IMG/VR virus record: IMGVR_UViG_3300023202_000383
Span: 1-64,000 of that record
Length of the DNA stretch: 64,000 bases
Direction: 5' to 3' (one strand)
Below the pieces are notes generated by a model. That model saw nothing but the letters and a program-made list of their open reading frames with translations, was not told the origin of the DNA and searched no databases. Each line of letters begins with the position of its first letter. Within the stretch, counting starts at the first letter, position 1. The translations under genes were made by a program, and so were the position numbers. This document shows positions 45,994 through 55,769 of the stretch, piece after piece.

Positions 45994-46803
45994 ATGGAAA
46001 AAAGATGCATATTTAGTGGTAGCACTGAGAATTTAAATACTTCTATGAACATAATTGTTGATGGTGAAACAGTGACGTGTTTTATATCTGATGAATATGC
46101 AGAAGACGCTACAATAAAGAGTGTCAAGGAGGCATACGCAGCCAGGCAGCATAAAATAGAAGAGCTCAAAAGACAAGCCGAGGAATTGGGCATTGTTATA
46201 GGTGATGATGCTGCACAGAAGCAAGCTGGTATGCAGCCACAGCAGCCACAGCAGCCACAGCAGCCACAGCAGCCACAGCAGCCACAGCAGTCACAGCAGT
46301 CACAGCAGCCACAGCAGCCACAGCAGCCACAGCAGCCACAGCAGCCAGAAGTCGATCAAACAGGTATGGTCGATGCGAAGGTGGCCGATGGTAATTTAAT
46401 TGATCTATCTAAAGTAAAATCCACATCAAATGTTGGTGGCCCGCAATCTCAATATGCCATAGAGTCTATAACAGAAGCGTCTGAAGATTTAAAAGAAGGC
46501 GAGAAGGCTAGGATTCAGAATGTTGAAGCTCGGAAGGGGTTAAATGTCCCGATACCAGTGGAGAGAGTTGGCAAGACTGGCACTACTAGAGTTAAGATTT
46601 CTAAATATTCAGATGCTGAATTGCAGAATAGATTTAAAAAGATGGCAGATGCTACTCAGAGCGATCAATTTGAAGGATATAGCAGATCATATGAGGTCAG
46701 GCTATCTAAGTGCCCATTGTGTAGAGGTAGTGGGACGGTTAAGAATAGCCAGGTGTGCCCAAAATGTGGCGGTGCTGGCGAGATAGAAGTGCATCAATTT
46801 TAA
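45994..46803 (+). CDS. hypothetical protein with QQP repeat and C-terminal DnaJ-type zinc finger
   Basis: CPLCRGSG...CPKCGGAG. Confidence 0.75.
   Translation: MEKRCIFSGSTENLNTSMNIIVDGETVTCFISDEYAEDATIKSVKEAYAARQHKIEELKRQAEELGIVIGDDAAQKQAGMQPQQPQQPQQPQQPQQPQQSQQSQQPQQPQQPQQPQQPEVDQTGMVDAKVADGNLIDLSKVKSTSNVGGPQSQYAIESITEASEDLKEGEKARIQNVEARKGLNVPIPVERVGKTGTTRVKISKYSDAELQNRFKKMADATQSDQFEGYSRSYEVRLSKCPLCRGSGTVKNSQVCPKCGGAGEIEVHQF
46234..46347 (+). repeat. 9-bp tandem repeat CAGYCACAG x12 plus partial (QPQ/QSQ)
   Basis: Read directly from sequence. Confidence 0.95.
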
Positions 46804-47072
46804 TATGGCGTGCCTGGGTTATTTAGGCCGAAATATTTTCTATATCTTGGGTTTTTGATAACTGGAGATGTCAAAACTCCTGACCCGCCTTTTGTCTTTC
46901 TTAATTCTGGGACCCCAGGCCCGGAGCCTATTAGAGACTTCTTTCTTCTTTGCCTTCTCTTAGCATCATATGCTTTCATGCGCATAGCTTTCGCTATGGT
47001 CTTGCCCAAACCCCAAGCCGTCTTTAGACCAATTCCGATAGTAGTTTCTTCATATAGGTCATTAAGCTTCAT
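46800..47072 (+). CDS. small basic hypothetical protein
   Basis: MKLNDLYEE start; K/R-rich. Confidence 0.55.
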
Positions 47073-47487
47073 ATTGAGCTGGCTGCGAAGCGTCGACTAT
47101 TTCATCCATATCTGGATTGTTTCCGGCGTCCTTTTCGGCCCCATCAAGGCCTTCTACTATTTCGGAGAGGGCTTTATGGGCAACTTCCCTCTCTTCATCA
47201 GGGACCGCCATTGCGGTCATCTCTTTCTCGAACGCTAGGCCAAATGATGGGTCGTCCACATATTTATATGAATGGACTCTGTTAAAAGCCGAAGCCACTC
47301 CATCATGGTATTCTAAATCTATGACTTTGAGCCTAAACGATTGCTCGATGTTTTCGTGCAAGTATGTAAATGTATTAGCACGCTCTTCGGGCTGCGGATC
47401 GTGATATGCCAGTCCTAATTTGGCTTTACCACTTAGCATAGACTCAACGGCTTCCAGCAATTTCTGTTGATCTTTATTGAGTGTCAT
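47062..47487 (-). CDS. hypothetical acidic protein
   Basis: GAGGGAG RBS. Confidence 0.7.
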   Translation of the reverse strand: MTLNKDQQKLLEAVESMLSGKAKLGLAYHDPQPEERANTFTYLHENIEQSFRLKVIDLEYHDGVASAFNRVHSYKYVDDPSFGLAFEKEMTAMAVPDEEREVAHKALSEIVEGLDGAEKDAGNNPDMDEIVDASQPAQYEA

Positions 47488-47575
47488 TAGACTCCCTCAT
47501 ATGGAAATTTCTAAAATTATTTTTGATAACGGTCTAAAAATATTTACTCACAATGTGCTATTTAAGCAGTATTAG

Positions 47576-49741
47576 ATGTCAGGAGGCAACATGGCTAAAG
47601 GCAAAAAAGAAAGCAAGACAGACTATTCGAACATGGACATAGACAGTCTGATGAGTAGTCTTAACAAGAAATATGGTGAGGGGTCTGTGCAGAAGTATGA
47701 TAGGGCCGCAATAGTGTCGTGCGATACTATAAGCACTGGCGTGGCCACTTTAGATGATGCTTTGCATATTGGCGGAGTACCTAAAGGGCGGGTAATAGAA
47801 ATCTATGGCCCCGAATCTGGCGGCAAGACTACTCTATCTCTGTCTATCGTAGCCGAATGCCAGGCTGCCGGTGGGACAGCGGCATTTATTGATGCTGAGC
47901 ACGCGTTGGATGTTCAGTGGGCGCACGACATTGGTGTTGATGTAGAATCATTGCTGATAAGCCAGCCGGATTCTGGCGAGCAGGCGTTGGAAATCTGCGA
48001 AGCTATGGTTAGATCGAACAAGTTTGGTATTATAGTGGTTGATTCGGTTGCAGCCCTTGTTCCTAAAGCCGAAATTGATGGTGAAATGGGCGATGCCCAT
48101 GTTGGTCTGCAGGCCAGGATGATTAGTCAGGGTATGAGAAAGCTATCTGGTGCAGTTAAGACCAGCAATACATGCTTGGTATTTATTAATCAGCTTCGCG
48201 AGAAGATCGGCGTGATGTTTGGGTGTTTACATGCTGACAATCTTATAAATTTTTCGGATGGCAAGTCGGCCACAATAAAAGACGTTGTTGATAATAAAAT
48301 CAAAGGATCAGTATGGTCTTATGATGAGGAATTAGACGAATTTTGTGAATGCCAGATTACTGATTGGCATTTCAATGGTGAAGTCAGTAATCCAGAGGAT
48401 TATTTATCTATTTCAATAAAAGGATCTGGTAATAAAAATGGGCGAATGAATATAATTGTGACGCCCGACCACGATGTGCTTACTGATTATGGCTGGGTTC
48501 GGGCAACCGATCTGGATATCGGAGACAAATTAATAACCAAGCAGCAAGATGTTATGTGTGGTGATTTAGGAAATTTTCTTAGAGGGACATTGTCTGGCGA
48601 TTCGCATATATCTCAAGCGGATGGGCACCTGTGTGCAAGTTTGAAAATCAGGGATAATATTGATATTAATTATGCAAAATGGAAGGCAAATAAGTTGTCT
48701 GCAATCAGTATGACCAAAAAGACTTATGGTAAATATGATATATATACTTCTGGGCAATTTTCTCAATTTGTTGACATAAAAGAAGATTTCCCAAACAGGG
48801 ACCCTATGCTTTTGTTGAGTAGTTTTAGTTGGCTTGGTTTTGCTATATGGATAATGGATGATGCTTGTTATAATAGAAGTAGATATGTTTTGTCTATTAA
48901 AAGGCTAAAAGGCGACCATAAAAAGATCGATGAAATTAGTAAGACACTAGACGACCTAGGCTTATATCATCATTCTAGTTATGGCGGGAAAATCACGTTC
49001 GACAAAGACATATCTGATATGATTGCCCATAAGATAGCCAAATATGTTCCTATATGTATGCGTCATAAATTACCAAATGACGTTGAATTAGATAATTATT
49101 GCGAATTTGAATTGAAGAATTCAACGAAGCAGTGCAAGACTTATGCAGAGGTTGTTGATATACGTACCGCAAGCAATAGACAAATGAAAAATGTCGGAAA
49201 ATATGATATTTCAGTGGACAGATGCCACAATTATTCCGTTGGTGGGAGACATAATGGCGTTATTGTGCACAATTCGCCCGAAACAACGCCTGGCGGTAGG
49301 GCACTGAAATTCTATGCATCAGTTAGGCTAGATGTTAGACGTACTGGAATAGAAAAAGACGGCGATACGCCGATTGGAAGTAAGGTTAGGGTAAAAGTTG
49401 TTAAGAACAAAGTGGCTCCGCCATTCTCGCAGGCTGAATTTGTTATATACTATGGCAAAGACGAGATGCCAGTATATGGTCCTGATAAGTTCGGATCCAT
49501 CTTAGATATGGCGGTAGATAAGGATATTGTTGGTAAAAGCGGGTCGTGGTATGAGTATAATGGCGATAAAATAGGGAATGGTAGGACTAACGCTGTAAGA
49601 TTCTTACAGGATTCTGATTCAGTGTCTGAGGAAATCAAAGCTAAATTGGCCGATCTTAGGAAAGCGCGTGTTGCTGAGGTCAATGAGGCCGATGAAGTTG
49701 ATGAAATCAAAGACGAAGACACAGAATCGGAAGGTGATTGA
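47576..49741 (+). CDS. recA: RecA recombinase with intein
   Basis: [46 protein letters not shown]|...|[14 protein letters not shown]. Confidence 0.95.
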   Translation: MSGGNMAKGKKESKTDYSNMDIDSLMSSLNKKYGEGSVQKYDRAAIVSCDTISTGVATLDDALHIGGVPKGRVIEIYGPESGGKTTLSLSIVAECQAAGGTAAFIDAEHALDVQWAHDIGVDVESLLISQPDSGEQALEICEAMVRSNKFGIIVVDSVAALVPKAEIDGEMGDAHVGLQARMISQGMRKLSGAVKTSNTCLVFINQLREKIGVMFGCLHADNLINFSDGKSATIKDVVDNKIKGSVWSYDEELDEFCECQITDWHFNGEVSNPEDYLSISIKGSGNKNGRMNIIVTPDHDVLTDYGWVRATDLDIGDKLITKQQDVMCGDLGNFLRGTLSGDSHISQADGHLCASLKIRDNIDINYAKWKANKLSAISMTKKTYGKYDIYTSGQFSQFVDIKEDFPNRDPMLLLSSFSWLGFAIWIMDDACYNRSRYVLSIKRLKGDHKKIDEISKTLDDLGLYHHSSYGGKITFDKDISDMIAHKIAKYVPICMRHKLPNDVELDNYCEFELKNSTKQCKTYAEVVDIRTASNRQMKNVGKYDISVDRCHNYSVGGRHNGVIVHNSPETTPGGRALKFYASVRLDVRRTGIEKDGDTPIGSKVRVKVVKNKVAPPFSQAEFVIYYGKDEMPVYGPDKFGSILDMAVDKDIVGKSGSWYEYNGDKIGNGRTNAVRFLQDSDSVSEEIKAKLADLRKARVAEVNEADEVDEIKDEDTESEGD
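48224..49273 (+). mobile_element. 350-aa intein with LAGLIDADG-type endonuclease in RecA
   Basis: Starts CLHAD, block [15 protein letters not shown] and AIWIMDDA helices, ends IVHN before Ser. Confidence 0.92.
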
Positions 49742-50091
49742 TGGCACCATTTAGGCCACGATTTTCAGTTGGAGATATTGTATATCTCGTTGAATCTGCT
49801 AAGTTAGGATCACTAGAATCTTATACAATAGCTGAAGTGCGGCAGGATTTAAGGGGCCAGGCGATTTATAGAATTGGAATTCCTGCGAGGCCACCTACTG
49901 CTTTGCAAACGGTTGGCGACAGAATTACTTTAAAGAGAAGCTTCGATTTTGAGCTTAGTGAGTCTGAATTAACAGATTTATGTAGTGCTATTGAATTCGC
50001 AAAGGCTGCTTTGGAGCGGCAGCTCGCTAGAATTAATGATATTTCCGATAAGTTCTGCAGCGATGAGACTGATGGGACAGGTACTGAATGA
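49741..50091 (+). CDS. hypothetical protein
   Basis: Coupled to recA and to the helicase gene. Confidence 0.65.
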   Translation: MAPFRPRFSVGDIVYLVESAKLGSLESYTIAEVRQDLRGQAIYRIGIPARPPTALQTVGDRITLKRSFDFELSESELTDLCSAIEFAKAALERQLARINDISDKFCSDETDGTGTE

Positions 50092-50921
50092 GCTTAAAGG
50101 CTCTTGAAAATGATGAGCCGAACGACTCGCCGTTTGGTAATTATGAAGAAGAAGCAATAGCTTCCTTGATTTTAGACCATCCTGAATTTTTCACCCATAT
50201 TGCCAAATTTATAACATATAAACTTTTCAAAAGACCTGAAGTACAGTATATTATTGCAAATATTGTTGAATACCATGACAAGTACAATGAATTCCCTACT
50301 AGGGGAATATTGAAAGACACTATAGCCAAACAGTTGACCGTTGATGATGAATATGTAGACGATATATTATCTATCGTAGACAGGCCATCGAATCCCAGAG
50401 AAATACCAGCAATAAAAGACAGATTGTTAGAATGGGCAAAGACTCAAGCATATAGTTTGCTTTGGGACAAAGAAACAATTGATAGGTACAAGCAAGGCGA
50501 TTATGACTATATAGAACAGGTAGTGAATGAAGCGAAGCTGATACAGGACGTTAGTTCTACGGGACTGTGGTTCTTTGATGAACTGGAAAGTTTATTCTAT
50601 AGAGACGAGAAAGAAAGATTCACAACTGGGATTTATGAATTAGATCAATTGCTAGACGAAGGCGGACCATCCAGAGGCGATGAAGTAGTATGGATGGCAC
50701 CGACGGGTGTCGGCAAATGCCATACTCTAGAATCAAAGATGATTGAAGAAAATTTGTCAGGAATCTTTGAAATAGAGCTAGACAATGGCAAGACTCTCAA
50801 ACTCGCAGGATTTAGAGAAGTTCAAACAGCACGTGGGCCAGTAAAGGTCTGCGATCTTACCGAAGAAGACGATATTGTCGAGATACCAAATATCAGAGAT
50901 GGGGGGGATATATCTGTGTAA
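50088..50921 (+). CDS. dnaB: replicative helicase DnaB/gp41 N-part fused to N-half of split intein (50718-50918)
   Basis: EEAIASLIL, RFTTGIYELDQLL, WMAPTGVGK|CHTLES. Confidence 0.85.
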   Translation: MSLKALENDEPNDSPFGNYEEEAIASLILDHPEFFTHIAKFITYKLFKRPEVQYIIANIVEYHDKYNEFPTRGILKDTIAKQLTVDDEYVDDILSIVDRPSNPREIPAIKDRLLEWAKTQAYSLLWDKETIDRYKQGDYDYIEQVVNEAKLIQDVSSTGLWFFDELESLFYRDEKERFTTGIYELDQLLDEGGPSRGDEVVWMAPTGVGKCHTLESKMIEENLSGIFEIELDNGKTLKLAGFREVQTARGPVKVCDLTEEDDIVEIPNIRDGGDISV

Positions 50922-51009
50922 GCATTGCGAATTCTCTACGATCTCATCGATTTTAATCATATAAGCTCCAAACATGGAAGGCTGAACGACAATCTAAGGA
51001 AATTTATAC

Positions 51010-52110
51010 GTGAAAATAAAATCAATTAATAAGACTAACCAATATAAGCATGTGGACTTCGGGATGCTTGCTGAACGATGGAATAAGTCTAGGGTTCTTA
51101 CGCCAACTGGATTTGAAGAGGTAAAAGCATTCGATTTAATAAAACGAGATGCCCCCACTTTATTGCTTAGCATAGATAATGGTATGGAGATTAAGTGTGA
51201 TCCAAATCATAAAATTGTCTGTGAATCATACAAATCGGACAGTGAGACCAGTGAAATAATAGAGAAGTTCGTTAAAGACTTAGACCCAGGCACAGACAAG
51301 CTGATAGGATATGGTGGTCAACGTAGGTCATTCGAAGTGCGTGATGGTGGTACGCACGATCTATATGATATCGAAATTTGTTCGCCACATTTGTATTATA
51401 CAGCTGGCGTTTTGAGCCATAATAGCATTATGCTAGTCAATAATGCGATTGCTAACTCAAAAAAGAGCAAGAATGTTTTATATATAACTTTGGAATTGTC
51501 CCATTTAAAATCTGCGTTGAGAGGCTTAGGCGCATTGTCAAATAAATCGATAGTTGGAGAGAGCAGATTTGACAATAAAGATGATATGATAGATGTTGCC
51601 AGAAAGGTAAAAGCGAGTGGTGCTGGCGATATCGTTTTTTATCAGTACCCACCGGAAGAAATAGATGTTGATACAATATATGCATTGATAGACACTCTTA
51701 GAAAAAACGAGAAATGGCACCCAGATGTTGTAATAATTGATTATCTCGAATTAATGCTCAGTCGAAGAGACTCAGATAACTCCGAAGATTACATTAGACA
51801 AAAGAATGTTTCTACTCAGATAAGAGGCTTGGCTATTAATGAGAATGTTTGTGTCTTTACAGCCACACAAACCAATAGAAGTGGCAATGATGATAGCAAA
51901 ATGATAGATGTCACCAAGATATCTGAAAGCTATGGAAAATCTATGGCGATGGATTATTTGATAAGTATTAACCAATCACCAGATGAGTATTCGTCAACGC
52001 CAGCACAAGCCAGGTTATATGTTGCTAAAAACCGTAATGGCCCTAAATTCATAAGTATTCCAATCAAGATAAACTACAAAACAATGTCCGTTAAGGAGAT
52101 AGACCAATGA
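51010..52110 (+). CDS. dnaB: C-half of split intein (51010-51423) fused to helicase C-part
   Basis: AAGGA RBS + GTG; block B KCDPNH, LYDIEI, LSHN|SIMLVN; YITLE, IIDYLELM, TATQTNR, KNRNG. Confidence 0.87.
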   Translation: MKIKSINKTNQYKHVDFGMLAERWNKSRVLTPTGFEEVKAFDLIKRDAPTLLLSIDNGMEIKCDPNHKIVCESYKSDSETSEIIEKFVKDLDPGTDKLIGYGGQRRSFEVRDGGTHDLYDIEICSPHLYYTAGVLSHNSIMLVNNAIANSKKSKNVLYITLELSHLKSALRGLGALSNKSIVGESRFDNKDDMIDVARKVKASGAGDIVFYQYPPEEIDVDTIYALIDTLRKNEKWHPDVVIIDYLELMLSRRDSDNSEDYIRQKNVSTQIRGLAINENVCVFTATQTNRSGNDDSKMIDVTKISESYGKSMAMDYLISINQSPDEYSSTPAQARLYVAKNRNGPKFISIPIKINYKTMSVKEIDQ

Positions 52111-52433
52111 AGCTGAAGCAACTGGATGCAAAGAATGATTACCTCGCAATATACGTATCACCTATTTCTGAGGATCTTTATGTCGATGACAAGTCGCAAT
52201 ATAACAATGAAGGGGTTGTTGTTGGCAAAGGCCCGAAAGTGAGCGATTCTGATCTAGACCTGGGCGATAAAGTTATATTTCTTAATAAGAACTATAGTAC
52301 CATTACTCCAGAAAGTGGCGGATATAATGGCAATACTATAGTGATTATTAGGGAAAGCGATATATTAATCAAACATCGTGGGAGTTCGGAAGTTCATGAA
52401 GTAGTACATTGGGATGAATGGTCTGAAGAATGA
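52107..52433 (+). CDS. groES: GroES/gp31-like co-chaperonin
   Basis: EGVVVGKGP, LGDKVIF, IIRESDIL. Confidence 0.8.
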   Translation: MKLKQLDAKNDYLAIYVSPISEDLYVDDKSQYNNEGVVVGKGPKVSDSDLDLGDKVIFLNKNYSTITPESGGYNGNTIVIIRESDILIKHRGSSEVHEVVHWDEWSEE

Positions 52434-52813
52434 TATACGAATACACATGTATAGATTGCGTAGAGAGGGCTGCTGGGAAGAAAGTATCTGAGTTGTCTGT
52501 TGCTGACCATAATATATTGTCTAATCGATATAAGATATTGGTCAAGCATAGGCTTTCTGAATCTCCAACAGTTGTGTGCCCTATTTGTGATGGCAATAAC
52601 ACTTGCAAGTTGTTGCAGATGGAGACTTCATATGTTAGAGGGTATGGGTATCTCGACAAAAAAGGTGTATATAACGATATGGACTTACACAAGATGGCTT
52701 CGGGGAATGACCCATATGCCGGGTCTAGAGCTGAGGGCGAAGCCAAAGATGTGATTGATAAATTAAGAAAGAATAAGAAACGAAATGTACGATCTAAGAA
52801 TGTATATATGTAA
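52430..52813 (+). CDS. FmdB-family zinc-ribbon protein
   Basis: MIYEYTCIDC...CPIC. Confidence 0.7.
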   Translation: MIYEYTCIDCVERAAGKKVSELSVADHNILSNRYKILVKHRLSESPTVVCPICDGNNTCKLLQMETSYVRGYGYLDKKGVYNDMDLHKMASGNDPYAGSRAEGEAKDVIDKLRKNKKRNVRSKNVYM

Positions 52814-53985
52814 TGCTTGGTGTTTATACAGTATTTAGTGAAAAAGACAGGTCCAAGCCGTTAGCAACCGCTATTTCTAACGGCTTGGAAACCAGAGTAG
52901 TAAGCCTATTCGGATCAAAATCCGGCAAAACCATATATGACATAAACCAAGATGTTTGTAAGATAAAGAGTGTACTTACGTCTGGTAAAGAGATCTTAAT
53001 CAATAATCTTAAAGATCATATTATAGGGTTCGGTGTCGACAATAGTATATCTGATTCCATTAATGCCTATGAGATTCTAGAAGTAGATGGTCAACGCGAT
53101 CATAATATAGATTCCGCTAGAGCGAAAGCCAAAAAGCGGTGTCAGATGATGGTAAGTGCTAAAAAGATGGATTGGCATAAGGTAAAAGCCGGTGCGTCTA
53201 AGGTATACGCTCATTTAGAAAAGAAGGGAATCCTGTACAACTATAGTCCAACGTATCCGGCGTGGGACACCAAATTGTTCTCTGGCAGATCTAGAACCAG
53301 TGGATTTAGTATACATGGTGCTAGTAAAGATGATATGATTGCCAATATAAATGGCGACGATTTATATATAAACTTCGACTGGGTTGCAGCAGATATTAGG
53401 ATAGTGTCATACTTGAGCAAGGACAAAGTATTGTTAGAATCATTTGAAGATGGAGACCCATATAGTTATATAGCAAAAATGCTGAATGCGGATTCTGATT
53501 CTGACGAAATATCTAGAGATGAGAGCAAACGAGCATTGTTGGCCACTATCTATTCTATGGACATAGACAATCCGCTTTTAAATCTCTTCGAAAGTTTAAG
53601 GCCCTGGATGGTTGAATCATTGAAGAGATTTGACAAGGATGGATATTTGTCTAGTGTACTGGGTCGTAGATTTAGAATATCTAAAGATAGGACAAAAAAG
53701 TCAGTATTTAATGCGGTCATCCAAGGGTCTGTTGCGCACGCCATGCAGAATGTTATGTACAAAGCGTGGTTAAAATATCCAAACAAGATATTGACCGAAA
53801 ATCACGATTCGTTAGTTGTAACATGTAAAGAAAACAATAGCCAGATGCGTAAGATAATAGAGTATGTGAGTGCAATAATGTTAAGGCCATTTGATGGTAT
53901 TTTAGAAGATGAGATGATATTCCCAGTTAGTATAAGTATTGGTAAAAAATATAAGAGATGGAAATTTTATAAGAGATTGCAATGA
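52813..53985 (+). CDS. minimal family A DNA polymerase
   Basis: SGRSR, motif A FDWVAADIR, motif B RDESKRALLATIYSM, NAVIQGS, motif C NHDSL. Confidence 0.8.
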   Translation: MLGVYTVFSEKDRSKPLATAISNGLETRVVSLFGSKSGKTIYDINQDVCKIKSVLTSGKEILINNLKDHIIGFGVDNSISDSINAYEILEVDGQRDHNIDSARAKAKKRCQMMVSAKKMDWHKVKAGASKVYAHLEKKGILYNYSPTYPAWDTKLFSGRSRTSGFSIHGASKDDMIANINGDDLYINFDWVAADIRIVSYLSKDKVLLESFEDGDPYSYIAKMLNADSDSDEISRDESKRALLATIYSMDIDNPLLNLFESLRPWMVESLKRFDKDGYLSSVLGRRFRISKDRTKKSVFNAVIQGSVAHAMQNVMYKAWLKYPNKILTENHDSLVVTCKENNSQMRKIIEYVSAIMLRPFDGILEDEMIFPVSISIGKKYKRWKFYKRLQ

Positions 53986-54185
53986 TTAGTAGAAGAAAAA
54001 GAAAAGAACTTAGAAGAAAGAGAAGAAAAGACAAGAAGAAGACAACAGAACAAAAAGACACAAAGAGCACAAAAGCAACAGAGCAAAAAGCAAAAGAGCA
54101 AAAGAGCAAAAGAACAAAAGAGCAAAAGAGCAACTTCGACAAAAGAGCATGGGGCGTAAAAAATGGCAAAGAGGCAGATACCTAA
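53982..54185 (+). CDS. small K/R-rich protein built on an 8-bp repeat
   Basis: ATGA-coupled to polA; overlaps the start of the next gene. Confidence 0.45.
   Translation: MISRRKRKELRRKRRKDKKKTTEQKDTKSTKATEQKAKEQKSKRTKEQKSNFDKRAWGVKNGKEADT
54091..54147 (+). repeat. 8-bp tandem repeat CAAAAGAR x5 plus 1
   Basis: Read directly; degenerate units extend upstream to about 54050. Confidence 0.9.
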
Positions 54186-54663
54186 GTGGTTTAAAGAGAA
54201 TATCCCATCAGAAGTTTCCGATAGTTCCCTTTTCAAATTCAAAATATTGGTCAGGAAAGACCAGGTCGTCGAAGTAGATATGCGATCTGATCTAGATGTT
54301 GATTATGTGAATATTCAGCAGGAGCTAGAGGAATCCCCGTCTGTTTTTGCATATTGGGCTTCTATCTATAGCGAATTAAAAATGCAATGTACTAAAATCG
54401 AAAGACAAATAAAGACAAGGCGTGGCAGATTAGTAGAGGAAATAATAAATGATGCCACTCAAAATGGAGTAAGGCTTACTGACAAACAAGTAGGCTTAAT
54501 AATAGAAGCAGATGAAGTATTAAATGGTCTAGAAACAAAGCACATGATACTGCAGAAGCACACTGGCAAAATGTGGTTTATGGTTGAAGCAATCAGAATG
54601 AAAGCTGACAACTTAAGATCATTGTCTGGATTCGCAAAAATGGAATTTAGCCAACAGCAATAA
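54163..54663 (+). CDS. UvsY-like recombination mediator
   Basis: Helical pattern YWASIYSEL...EAIRMKADNLRSL; position next to the SSB gene. Confidence 0.6.
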   Translation: MAKRQIPKWFKENIPSEVSDSSLFKFKILVRKDQVVEVDMRSDLDVDYVNIQQELEESPSVFAYWASIYSELKMQCTKIERQIKTRRGRLVEEIINDATQNGVRLTDKQVGLIIEADEVLNGLETKHMILQKHTGKMWFMVEAIRMKADNLRSLSGFAKMEFSQQQ

Positions 54664-54683
54664 TAGAAAGGAGCGATGGCAAA

Positions 54684-55724
54684 ATGTCCAAGTACGATTT
54701 GAAGAAAATTAGGAAGAAGATCAAAGAGAAGCAAGGTGGGAGGTCTAGGGACCCGAATGAGTTTAAGACCCCGCAGCCCAAATCTGACTCTGAGCCGATA
54801 AAGATTAGGTTCTTTATTCTGCCGCCACTCAAGAAGGGCGATACATGTGCAGACGGCGTAGCTAGTCAGGATATGGATCTGTTTTATGTGGCCAATGGCT
54901 CGCACTGGGTTAACAACAGACCATATCCTTGTCCAAGAGTGCATGACGATGAGAATTGCACGATGTGTGATTTCGCTTTTGAGTTGATGAGCGAAACGCA
55001 GGACAAGGATGAGCGTAGAGCGATAGCTAGACAGTATCTGCCGCAGACAAAATATGCTGTCAATGTTTTGTTCTTAAATAGCGAGACGAACCCAGAGGAT
55101 GTTCGCGGCAAGGTCATGTGGTATAATGTTTCGAAGCAGGTGTTTGATAAGTTTGAAGCTTGCATCTGCAGGGACAATGCTGGCGATGACGCTGATCCTC
55201 AAGCTTATGGTGTATTCTTTGATGAAGAGAATGCTTACGCATTCCAGCTTGAGATTCTTAAGTCAGGTCAATATCCTAGCTACAAGACTTCGAAGTTCCT
55301 CGCTGGATCTGGGACAATGCCAATAGCCGCGAAGAAGGTCGACGGTAAGGTTGTTCCTGATAGCAATAAGATCAAGAAGATTCTTGACCAGAGGCACGAC
55401 TTGTTCACTAAATTCGAAACCAGAGATCAAGACAAGATCTCCGAGTTGGTGACGATGGTGACGAGTGAATCTCCTGGGTCTGGGTTTGACGAGGATGATA
55501 CTAATGAATCAGACTCGTCTAGTAGCTCGGATGATGAGGTCAACGCCAGCGAACTTGGCATAAGTGAGGAGATTTCCGGCGAAGAGCCGGTCTCCGAGAC
55601 TGCTGATGAATCTAAAGCTGAAGAGAAAGCCGAAGACAAGCCCAAGGAAACGGCAGAAGTTAGCAGCAATGATGAAGAAGAGGAAGAGATCGCTGCTCTC
55701 CTCAATGACTTGAATGACGACTAA
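54684..55724 (+). CDS. T4 gp32-like single-stranded DNA-binding protein
   Basis: IRFFILPP, HW...CPR...C.MC, long acidic tail; AGGAG RBS. Confidence 0.8.
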   Translation: MSKYDLKKIRKKIKEKQGGRSRDPNEFKTPQPKSDSEPIKIRFFILPPLKKGDTCADGVASQDMDLFYVANGSHWVNNRPYPCPRVHDDENCTMCDFAFELMSETQDKDERRAIARQYLPQTKYAVNVLFLNSETNPEDVRGKVMWYNVSKQVFDKFEACICRDNAGDDADPQAYGVFFDEENAYAFQLEILKSGQYPSYKTSKFLAGSGTMPIAAKKVDGKVVPDSNKIKKILDQRHDLFTKFETRDQDKISELVTMVTSESPGSGFDEDDTNESDSSSSSDDEVNASELGISEEISGEEPVSETADESKAEEKAEDKPKETAEVSSNDEEEEEIAALLNDLNDD

Positions 55725-55732
55725 GCGATTAG

Positions 55733-55764
55733 AGGGCACTGGCATAGCAGCCAGTGCCCTTTTT
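55733..55764 (+). terminator. rho-independent terminator
   Basis: AGGGCACTGGC / GCCAGTGCCCT followed by a T-run. Confidence 0.88.
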
Positions 55765-55769
55765 ATATT

